Virus record (IMG/VR): IMGVR_UViG_3300002036_000002
Location: 1 to 34,788 of that record
Direction: 5' to 3' (one strand)
Source of the DNA: a virus
DNA length: 34,788 nt
Of the stretch, positions 10,392-16,210 are shown in pieces (within the stretch, counting starts at the first letter, position 1; the number at the start of each line of letters is the position of its first letter). Under the pieces are notes generated by a model that saw only the letters and a list, made by a program, of their open reading frames with translations, was not told where the DNA came from and searched no databases. The position numbers were made by a program, and so were the translations under genes.

Positions 10392-10757
10392 ATGGAAAAC
10401 GAAACGGAAGGAATTAAAGAGATCGCAGAAGTTGTAACATTTGTTGCAGCTTCATTTGTTGGCATTAAAAATGCCGCTGTTGATGGGTTGGGGATTAGCG
10501 ATCTAGGCATAATCATAGGGCTTTCATCAAGTGCTAAGGCAGCCTTTGAGGGCATCGAAAAAATACCCTCTGAGCTAGGGGACTTGTCTGAACAAGAGGC
10601 AGATGCGCTTGTTGACATGGTTAATGAAAACCTAGCCGGAGCTCTTGGCGATAGAGCAAGACAAATAGTTGGTAAAGCCCTAGCAATTGTCCCTAAAGTA
10701 GTCGATCTATTTGAAGAGATTAGACAGTCTGATGTTCAGACTCCTAGGATTTCATAG
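10392..10757 (+). CDS. Hypothetical protein.
   Basis: ORF in the track (10314..10757). I prefer the internal ATG at 10392, which avoids overlap with the upstream gene. No recognisable motif. Confidence 0.5.
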   Translation: MENETEGIKEIAEVVTFVAASFVGIKNAAVDGLGISDLGIIIGLSSSAKAAFEGIEKIPSELGDLSEQEADALVDMVNENLAGALGDRARQIVGKALAIVPKVVDLFEEIRQSDVQTPRIS

Positions 10758-10762
10758 TTAAT

Positions 10763-11245
10763 ATGACTATTTTCCCTCCAGATCAGCCGCTGAATAGGAC
10801 TTTCAGGAGGTGGGGGAAGACGTTTTACCGATTGGAAGAATCCGCTAGATACGAATGGATATATAACGGGTTGCGTCTTCGGATAACTGCTCCAGAAGGA
10901 TTCGAGAGCGATGGAGGTAGTATCCCTCGTGCTTTATGGAGCTTGTCTGGTCTTAATCCAGATGGAGCAGGAAGAACATCATACCTATTCCATGATGTGG
11001 TTTATAGGGCATCAGGAAAATTACCTTCTGGGATTCTACAAATACAGAATCAAAATGAAGATTGGGTAGAATGGACTAGGCCTATGACTAGATTAGAGGC
11101 GGACAAGCTTTTCTGCCATCTTCTAAGGGTTGCAGGAGTGGGTAAAATAGTTAGAAGAATAGCTTATTACGCATTAAGGGCAGGGGGAGCATTAGCTTGG
11201 AATTCTACTATAGGAAAAGAATTTAGACTAGAGATCGTAAAATGA
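10763..11245 (+). CDS. DUF1353-family phage protein.
   Basis: The motif FESDGGSIPRALWSL matches the DUF1353 signature (F-x-[ST]-D-G-x-S-I-P). Confidence 0.6.
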   Translation: MTIFPPDQPLNRTFRRWGKTFYRLEESARYEWIYNGLRLRITAPEGFESDGGSIPRALWSLSGLNPDGAGRTSYLFHDVVYRASGKLPSGILQIQNQNEDWVEWTRPMTRLEADKLFCHLLRVAGVGKIVRRIAYYALRAGGALAWNSTIGKEFRLEIVK

Positions 11246-11385
11246 AGATTCGACCATGGTTTCATCTAGAGAAAACATCTAGAACAGGTAGGCGTATCCC
11301 ATATTTTGGCGTAAGATTTTCATTGTCTTGGGATAAGGCTGGTTCATTTCTGAGAAATTTAAAATTTTGGAGGAAGAGAAAATGA
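11242..11385 (+). CDS. Small basic protein of 47 aa, not in the track.
   Basis: ATG 11242 overlaps the DUF1353 stop as ATGA. Its own TGA (11383-11385) overlaps the endolysin ATG 11382 as ATGA. Double translational-coupling geometry supports it being real. Confidence 0.4.
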   Translation: MKIRPWFHLEKTSRTGRRIPYFGVRFSLSWDKAGSFLRNLKFWRKRK

Positions 11386-11978
11386 ATATTTTAGGTAGAA
11401 AGAAAAGAATCCAGAAAAAAATCGGAGCGCGTATAGATGGTGTTTTTGGAAAGGAGACAATAACCCTTTTAGAGAAAGCCCTAGATATTAATGTAGAAAA
11501 AATACCTCAAATAATAAAAGGGTCTAATTGGGAAACTCTATACAAGAATAGCCCTAACTGGAGAGGAGTAAATTCTTGCGAAGGGGTCCTATTGCATCAT
11601 TCTTCTGGTTCTTTTATGGGTTCTGTGAACTGGTGCCTCAACCCCGAAAGCGGCGTTTCTTACCACTGTATTATTCATCCTGACGGATATCGTGTTCAAC
11701 TTTGCGAAGACAATCAAAAAGCTTGGCATGCTGGGAAGAGTTCATTCAAAGGCCGTAAATTTTGTAATAGCTATATGCTTGGTCTTGCTTTTTCAGGAGA
11801 CACTAACAAACGAGATTTGACTGAATCTGAAATATCCAGCGCTGCGGACTGGATAAGGATTAAGATGAGATTGTATGGGTTTGGTAAAGAAATGGTGACA
11901 GATCACAGAACTGTAAGCCCGGGAAGAAAATACGATCTTAATCCCTCCCAATTTAAACGAGTGCTTGAATCAATCTGA
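11382..11978 (+). CDS. N-acetylmuramoyl-L-alanine amidase endolysin (Amidase_2 / T7 lysozyme-PGRP fold).
   Basis: Motifs GVLLHHS, VSYHCIIHPDG, KAWHAGKSSFKG, LGLAFSGD and DHRTVSPGRKYDLNP. GGAGGAAG Shine-Dalgarno sequence 5 nt upstream of ATG 11382. The track start at 11367 is a TTG. Confidence 0.85.
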   Translation: MNILGRKKRIQKKIGARIDGVFGKETITLLEKALDINVEKIPQIIKGSNWETLYKNSPNWRGVNSCEGVLLHHSSGSFMGSVNWCLNPESGVSYHCIIHPDGYRVQLCEDNQKAWHAGKSSFKGRKFCNSYMLGLAFSGDTNKRDLTESEISSAADWIRIKMRLYGFGKEMVTDHRTVSPGRKYDLNPSQFKRVLESI

Positions 11979-12035
11979 AAGGTGCGCTATTAGACTTGAG
12001 TGATTTAAAAATAAATCTATTACGCCGTCCCCCAG

Positions 12036-12371
12036 ATGATGCAATGGTTGAACGAAAAATTAATATTGTTCCTAATCGCAGTTTTGGGGGCGAGCTCCCT
12101 TGCAGGGTTGGCCGCACTTCTGAGAAGCGGGAAGGAGTTAACATCGAGAGACATTTTCAGCTCTCTTCTAAACAGCGGAATTATGGGAGCCGGAGTGTTT
12201 GCCGTATGGTGGAGCTATGGAGGAGAGAGCAACCCTATACTAGCGGCAGGAGTATGCACTCTTGCCGGCCTAGGAGGAACTGCTACGGTAGAATTTGTAG
12301 CCGCTAGCGCAAAAAGGGTTATAGACAGAATCTTTGGAGGAGAAAATAATGGCAACCCACACAAAAAGTAA
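12036..12371 (+). CDS. Holin-like membrane protein with 3 predicted TM segments.
   Basis: Hydrophobic stretches LILFLIAVLGASSLAGLAALL, GIMGAGVFAVWW and ILAAGVCTLAGLGGTATV, with a charged C-terminus. Adjacent to the endolysin. Confidence 0.65.
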   Translation: MMQWLNEKLILFLIAVLGASSLAGLAALLRSGKELTSRDIFSSLLNSGIMGAGVFAVWWSYGGESNPILAAGVCTLAGLGGTATVEFVAASAKRVIDRIFGGENNGNPHKK

Positions 12372-12816
12372 TCTATTGCTAATAGTATCTTTTATTCTTC
12401 TTGGAGGAATAATGACTGTAGCTAATAGAATGACAGATACAAATCTCGCTTATTCTCGCGCAATGATGATTTTAGAAGAATCTGGAACATCATTTATTGA
12501 GAGTGACAAGAATGGTAAAATAATAGCCTGGCTAGGAGCCTCAAAGGAAATATTTGGTTATACAAAAGATCAGGCATCTGGGATTTCTATACACGAGCTT
12601 ATAAAGCCAGTTGATAGAAGCCGACATATATCTGCTTACAATATGAGGATGAATGAACCGGCAGAAAGTGGTCATGAATTTAAAGGGCAGCCAGCGATAG
12701 ATTCAAATGGGGTTACTATATTTATAGACGGAATTGTAATGGCTCATAAGGGAGGGGCTTTAGGGATTTTTCAAAAATCGAAAAAGAAAAATAGCAAAAC
12801 ATTCATAAAGCCATGA
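12349..12816 (+). CDS. Membrane-anchored PAS-like domain protein.
   Basis: N-terminal TM segment NLLLIVSFILLGGIMTV. This is followed by DKNGKIIAWLGASKEIFGYTKDQASGISIHELIKP...DSNGVTIFIDGIVMA, which fits the PAS fold pattern. GGAGGAG 6 nt upstream of ATG 12349. Confidence 0.5.
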   Translation: MATHTKSNLLLIVSFILLGGIMTVANRMTDTNLAYSRAMMILEESGTSFIESDKNGKIIAWLGASKEIFGYTKDQASGISIHELIKPVDRSRHISAYNMRMNEPAESGHEFKGQPAIDSNGVTIFIDGIVMAHKGGALGIFQKSKKKNSKTFIKP

Positions 12817-13016
12817 AAATTACTCAGAAATTTCCTATTGCATTTAAACGAAAAGGGGTTACAAGAATACATCTTTCAGAGCGAGTTTATTTAAAAATCC
12901 AGATTATCAACGGAGATCGGGTAGTCTCTATTAATAAACCAGGGACGGGATATACAGCTAGTCAGCGTTTTAAAAGGGGTGATACAGTGGTAAATTTACA
13001 GTCGGCATTAATTTAA
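12813..13016 (+). CDS. Hypothetical protein.
   Basis: ATGA overlap with the upstream gene. No motif recognised. Confidence 0.4.
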   Translation: MKITQKFPIAFKRKGVTRIHLSERVYLKIQIINGDRVVSINKPGTGYTASQRFKRGDTVVNLQSALI

Positions 13017-13018
13017 CG

Positions 13019-13189
13019 ATGAGCCAACCAATAACATTGAGTAAACATATTATTCGTATCCGAAAATATTTGGAATGCGGTGAAGGGGATACCCTAAATG
13101 ATTGGCATACTGTCAAGAAAATCAATCATGCATTGGGGATTGAAGATTTGCCATTGGAAGATTCAAAGCCTTCCAATAAGAAAAAGTGA
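13019..13189 (+). CDS. Hypothetical small protein of 56 aa, below the track cutoff.
   Basis: ATG 13019 to TGA 13187-13189, which overlaps GTG 13186 of the next ORF. It fills an otherwise empty gap. Confidence 0.35.
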   Translation: MSQPITLSKHIIRIRKYLECGEGDTLNDWHTVKKINHALGIEDLPLEDSKPSNKKK

Positions 13190-13383
13190 CTAGAAAAAAT
13201 TTAGATCACGATAATCTAAAAAAGTTTGTTGTCGGGGAAACTTTCTTTGCCATTAGGCGTTGCCATACTGACCATATAGTGAGGACATTCACCCGCACTG
13301 ATATTATGGCAGACTGGTTGAAGACTCAAGCAGAATATCACAAGGACTCCATAGAGGTTGTCCATTGTGGAGTTCTTCTTTAG
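13186..13383 (+). CDS. Hypothetical protein.
   Basis: GTG-initiated ORF from the track. It is the last ORF before the AT-rich intergenic region. Confidence 0.35.
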   Translation: MTRKNLDHDNLKKFVVGETFFAIRRCHTDHIVRTFTRTDIMADWLKTQAEYHKDSIEVVHCGVLL

Positions 13384-13406
13384 ATTCGATATAGTTCATA
13401 TTTTGG

Positions 13407-13436
13407 AATGATGCCTATTCAGGTGTCATTTTTGTG
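13407..13436 (+). terminator. Putative intrinsic terminator closing the late/lysis transcription unit.
   Basis: aatgatgcc / ggtgtcatt gives a 9-bp stem (two G-U pairs) with loop tattca, followed by tttttgtg. Confidence 0.4.
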
Positions 13437-13516
13437 TATTCTTCTGAACATCAGGAATACCTAATTTTCGACTTGGGATTAATAGAGTCGATCGATGCTC
13501 TTTACCTCTATAATTG

Positions 13517-13560
13517 CCTTATTTTAATAAGGTTATGCATATTTAATATGTATTAAATAT
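13517..13560. promoter_or_regulatory. Pair of AT-rich palindromes; candidate operators.
   Basis: ccttatt-tt-aataagg at 13517-13532. atatttaata-tg-tattaaatat at 13539-13560, with perfect 10-bp arms. Both lie 40-90 bp upstream of the putative early promoter. Confidence 0.45.
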
Positions 13561-13602
13561 CAAATATATAGACAAAAAATTGATATTTTTTATGTAAATG
13601 TG

Positions 13603-13631
13603 TTGACTATTATTTATTTGCAGGGTATTGT
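13603..13631 (+). promoter_or_regulatory. Sigma70-like early promoter.
   Basis: TTGACT (13603-13608), a 17-nt spacer, then TATTGT (13626-13631). It sits 25 nt upstream of ATG 13656. The context GTTGACTATT is shared with the site at 22688. Confidence 0.5.
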
Positions 13632-13655
13632 TTTTTAACGAGACAACATAAAATT

Positions 13656-13904
13656 ATGAGCGAAAAAAAATTGAAAGAGCACATCCACAAATATTCAATA
13701 CAGATTTTTGTAACTAAGGAATTGAGGGATTCTATAAAAGAATTAGCTGATAAAAATAGGAGGAGCATGGGTAACCAGCTCCTTTATATGGCTATTGGAG
13801 AAAAAGATTTTATTGGGAAATGATCAATATCCTACTAATTGGCCTAGGTCTGATGATTGGTGTAATCATATCATCCATTCAACAATGGAGGAGGAGCGAG
13901 ATTG
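13656..13904 (+). CDS. Ribbon-helix-helix (Arc/CopG/MetJ-type) DNA-binding protein.
   Basis: My own translation is MSEKKLKEHIHKYSIQIFVTKELRDSIKELADKNRRSMGNQLLYMAIGEK.... This gives a beta strand (YSIQIFV) followed by two helices, as in Arc/CopG. It is an 82-aa ORF absent from the supplied track. The tail after residue ~50 overlaps another plausible ORF. Confidence 0.65.
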
Positions 13905-13956
13905 AGCGCATCAAAATAGAACGAAGCAGGCTGAGAGAAATTTCAACCCCACGTAA
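13819..13956 (+). CDS. Small single-pass membrane protein of 45 aa.
   Basis: MINILLIGLGLMIGVIISSIQQWRRSEIERIKIETKQAERNFNPT: a hydrophobic helix followed by a charged tail. It overlaps the 3' end of the RHH ORF in another frame. Confidence 0.4.
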
Positions 13957-13958
13957 AA

Positions 13959-14240
13959 ATGTGCGTTGAATTTATATTCACAATCGGTGGGTTTGATTTT
14001 GTATGCAAGCATCATCAAAAAATAAAAGGGCATATGTCTATTAATAGTTACAGCCTTTCAGAGGCTCCTGAGCCAGCTAGGGTTGAAATTTGTAAATGTT
14101 ACCATTCATCTAATGGATGGGGACAAGACATTCTTGAAGGCATACTAGAACTAGGAGTAGATATAGATGATTTATCGGAAATGGCCCTTGATTTTTTTAA
14201 TGAAACATTGGGAGATTCTAACGAGACATTCATAAAATAA
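13959..14240 (+). CDS. Hypothetical acidic protein; the start may be ATG 14034.
   Basis: ORF from the track. The internal in-frame ATG at 14034 gives MSINSYSLSE..., 68 aa. Confidence 0.4.
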   Translation: MCVEFIFTIGGFDFVCKHHQKIKGHMSINSYSLSEAPEPARVEICKCYHSSNGWGQDILEGILELGVDIDDLSEMALDFFNETLGDSNETFIK

Positions 14241-14243
14241 ATC

Positions 14244-14576
14244 ATGAACACAGGGAAAAAATCTACTGGAAGTATGGTTGTCGACCAACGTCTTGTTGCC
14301 ACTCAATTTCAACTCTCGGAAAATGTAGCCGCACACTACCCAGCAGGCGTCCACATTGACCGTATGACCAGTCCCATTTACGACGGAATCAAATGGGCGG
14401 TCAGGCGCAGAGGATACGTCTTATCGACTAACGGAGAATGGGAATATGAACCAATGCCATCGAGTAGAGACGATGATTTCTATGCACGTTACCGCTTTGG
14501 TTCACTAGATGCGGCATTGGAGGCGCTCGACCTTTACATGAGCAAAATAAAAAACAATGAAGAAACATACATTTAG
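14244..14576 (+). CDS. Hypothetical protein.
   Basis: ORF from the track. No motif recognised. Confidence 0.45.
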   Translation: MNTGKKSTGSMVVDQRLVATQFQLSENVAAHYPAGVHIDRMTSPIYDGIKWAVRRRGYVLSTNGEWEYEPMPSSRDDDFYARYRFGSLDAALEALDLYMSKIKNNEETYI

Positions 14577-14691
14577 TAAAGAGGCAATGAGGGCTTTTGC
14601 TGACAGTGCAAGGAATTGGCAAGCCTGCGACAGGAGGAAAGTATTCTATGAATGTAACGAGTTCTGGCAAGATCCCTCTGGATTCACATGA
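14557..14691 (+). CDS. Cassette peptide A1, 44 aa.
   Basis: MKKHTFSKEAMRAFADSARNWQACDRRKVFYECNEFWQDPSGFT. It has paralogues at 14931 and 15305, and conservation across three copies argues for a real gene. Confidence 0.6.
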   Translation: MKKHTFSKEAMRAFADSARNWQACDRRKVFYECNEFWQDPSGFT

Positions 14692-14739
14692 CCTACAAGG
14701 TCTGCCTGTCAGGTTGACGGGCTCGAAACAGGTGATAGT
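14692..14739 (+). promoter_or_regulatory. Conserved 48-nt structured element, copy 1.
   Basis: cctacaaggtctgcctgtcaggttgacgggctcgaaacaggtgatagt, nearly identical in all three cassettes. Possible hairpins are GCCTGTC-AGGTT-GACGGGC, or CCTGT paired with ACAGG. Confidence 0.6.
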
Positions 14740-14934
14740 CCCATAGATCCTTCAGGTCAGGAGGGCCTAGCACTAGAAGAGTTTGATCGTTATTTGTATA
14801 GGAAATATTGTTCGAACCGTGAATATAAGCACCTTACATATACAAAATTAATAGACCGTGGAGAGGGAGAACTTATAGCTGACCTGATGGAAGAAGGCAT
14901 AAAGAATGGGGATGAAATTACTATACCAATATGA
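14692..14934 (+). CDS. Cassette protein B1 reading frame with no canonical start codon. It is in frame with A1 through TGA 14689-14691.
   Basis: 81 codons are open after the A1 stop. It aligns with B2 and B3 (LALEEFDRYLY...GEGELIADLMEEGIKNGDEITIPI). Where B2 and B3 have ATG, this copy has ccc ata. The only nearby in-frame candidate is ATA 14743, 6 nt after AGGTGAT. Confidence 0.4.
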   Translation, partial: PTRSACQVDGLETGDSPIDPSGQEGLALEEFDRYLYRKYCSNREYKHLTYTKLIDRGEGELIADLMEEGIKNGDEITIPI

Positions 14935-15065
14935 AAACACACACATTTAGTAAAGAAGCAATGAGGGCTTTTTCTGACAGTGCAAGGAATTGGCATGACT
15001 GTGAAATGAGGAAAACAAGATATCGATGCGGCACTTACTGGCAAGATGAATTTGATTTCACATGA
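14931..15065 (+). CDS. Cassette peptide A2, 44 aa.
   Basis: MKTHTFSKEAMRAFSDSARNWHDCEMRKTRYRCGTYWQDEFDFT. ATGA overlap with the B1 stop. Confidence 0.6.
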   Translation: MKTHTFSKEAMRAFSDSARNWHDCEMRKTRYRCGTYWQDEFDFT

Positions 15066-15113
15066 CCAACAAGGTCTGCCTGTCAGGTTGACGGGCTCGA
15101 AACAGGTCATGGT
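15066..15113 (+). promoter_or_regulatory. Conserved 48-nt structured element, copy 2.
   Basis: ccaacaaggtctgcctgtcaggttgacgggctcgaaacaggtcatggt. Confidence 0.6.
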
Positions 15114-15308
15114 ATGAGGGATGGTTCAGTTCAGGAAGACCTAGCACTAAAAGAGTTTGATGATTATTTTTATAGCAAATATAAGCACCGTAAATATTCC
15201 CTTATATATAGCTATACAGGTTTAATAGACTGTGGAGAGGGAGAATTTATAGCTGACCTAATGGAAGAAGGCATACGGGACGGGGATAAAATTACTATAG
15301 AATTATGA
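15114..15308 (+). CDS. Cassette protein B2, 64 aa, acidic.
   Basis: ORF from the track. Paralogous to B1 and to the B3 N-terminus. Confidence 0.6.
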   Translation: MRDGSVQEDLALKEFDDYFYSKYKHRKYSLIYSYTGLIDCGEGEFIADLMEEGIRDGDKITIEL

Positions 15309-15439
15309 AAACACACACCTTTAGCAAAGAGGCAATGAAGGCTTTTGCTGACAGTGCCAGAGGATGGCAGGACTGTGAAATGAGGAAAACAATATATATA
15401 TGTAAGTATTACCGGCAAGACATATTTGATTTCACATGA
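15305..15439 (+). CDS. Cassette peptide A3, 44 aa.
   Basis: MKTHTFSKEAMKAFADSARGWQDCEMRKTIYICKYYRQDIFDFT. ATGA overlap with the B2 stop. Confidence 0.6.
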   Translation: MKTHTFSKEAMKAFADSARGWQDCEMRKTIYICKYYRQDIFDFT

Positions 15440-15487
15440 CCTACAAGGTCTGCTTGTCAGGTTGACGGGCTCGAAACAAGTGATGGT
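15440..15487 (+). promoter_or_regulatory. Conserved 48-nt structured element, copy 3.
   Basis: cctacaaggtctgcttgtcaggttgacgggctcgaaacaagtgatggt. It carries the paired C>T and G>A changes. Confidence 0.6.
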
Positions 15488-15964
15488 ATGAAGATTTATT
15501 CAGTTGATGAACGCAATGCATTAAAAGGGTTTAATAATTATTTACGTGATAAAGGTTCACTTCATGCACTTATTAACTATAACTATAACTATATAATAGA
15601 CGAGGGAAATGGAGAATTTGTAGCTGACCTGATGGAAGAAGGTATAAGGGATGGGGATGAAATTACTATACCAATATCAAAGGTTGTTCGAAATTTTAAA
15701 ACTATGAACGCATACATACTAACGAGCGAATACGAGGAATATGAACAAAAGGGAGAATACTTCATTGCGTGGTTCCATAAGAAGCCTAGCCTCGATGAGC
15801 TTCAGCAAGTAATGATAAGTAAAGACGAAAAAGATTCTCGTGAGCTTTGCTGTCACATTTTAGATGGTGGTGGTCGCAGAAAGTTGTCGGATTATCAATG
15901 GTATCACCTGCGAGAAGTTCCTTCTGAGAACTTCATAGCTCAGCCGCTTCCAACTGAACTATGA
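15488..15964 (+). CDS. Cassette protein B3, 158 aa: a B domain fused to an extra C-terminal domain.
   Basis: The N-terminal 60 aa align with B1 and B2. Where B1 has ccaataTGA, this copy has ccaataTCA, and the frame continues for about 95 more residues. Confidence 0.6.
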   Translation: MKIYSVDERNALKGFNNYLRDKGSLHALINYNYNYIIDEGNGEFVADLMEEGIRDGDEITIPISKVVRNFKTMNAYILTSEYEEYEQKGEYFIAWFHKKPSLDELQQVMISKDEKDSRELCCHILDGGGRRKLSDYQWYHLREVPSENFIAQPLPTEL

Positions 15965-16167
15965 AATCAAAATCAAACACCGAAGAAGCCAAAGGCAATG
16001 CGTGCGTTGCTGGGGATATTCACATTGTGGATAATCCCGAGGCCGATGGTTCCGACTTGGAGCCAGAGAAAATCCCTTTCGCACTTCTGATAGAATTCGA
16101 TTCAGCCGACGAAGTAAGGAAGGCGATGAGCGATGGATCTTGCACATTTACAGTATTCGGGGGCTAA
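15961..16167 (+). CDS. Hypothetical acidic protein in the GC-richer island.
   Basis: ORF from the track. ATGA overlap with the B3 stop. Confidence 0.45.
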   Translation: MKSKSNTEEAKGNACVAGDIHIVDNPEADGSDLEPEKIPFALLIEFDSADEVRKAMSDGSCTFTVFGG

Positions 16168-16189
16168 CGCCTAAGATAGCCCATCGCCG
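16166..16189 (+). repeat. 24-nt direct repeat, copy 1.
   Basis: aacgcctaagatagcccatcgccg is identical to 16484..16507. It overlaps the stop codon of the preceding ORF. Confidence 0.9.
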
Positions 16190-16210
16190 AACAATCAACC
16201 GACTAAGAAC

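Larger units (their letters stand above)
14557..15680 (+). repeat. Three tandem, diverged copies of a 374-bp two-gene cassette (A peptide, 48-nt element, B protein).
   Basis: Unit starts at 14557, 14931 and 15305, an exact 374-nt period. The A starts, the 48-nt linkers and the ...GEGEFIADLMEEGI(R/K)(D/N)GD(E/K)ITI tails can all be aligned across copies. Confidence 0.9.

Noticed and set aside
11996-12307. TTG-initiated 103-aa ORF overlapping the holin gene in another frame. Similar nested alternative-frame + strand ORFs occur at 1433..1627, 9157..9357, 20646..20831 and 28513..28704.
   Set aside because: They overlap better-supported genes almost entirely and have Arg/Ser/Cys-rich composition typical of off-frame translation. 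They also lack start context.
14713-14745. TTGACG inside the conserved 48-nt element as a promoter -35 box.
   Set aside because: There is no acceptable -10 hexamer at 16-19 nt (agtccc, ggtatg or similar). Conservation extends well beyond what a promoter would need, and the covariation points to a helix instead.
14689-15439. Genome-wide TGA reassignment (genetic code 4 or 25) as the explanation for the in-frame TGAs.
   Set aside because: TGA serves as the stop at many well-supported gene ends, often in ATGA coupling overlaps (9938-9941, 11242-11245, 12813-12816). The very long ORFs are intact under the standard code, so any recoding would have to be local.
14557-15680. The repeat region as a CRISPR array or a diversity-generating retroelement.
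   Set aside because: The units are 374 bp, coding and diverged, with no short repeat/spacer alternation. There is no cas gene or reverse transcriptase anywhere in the genome, and substitutions are not adenine-biased in any obvious way.
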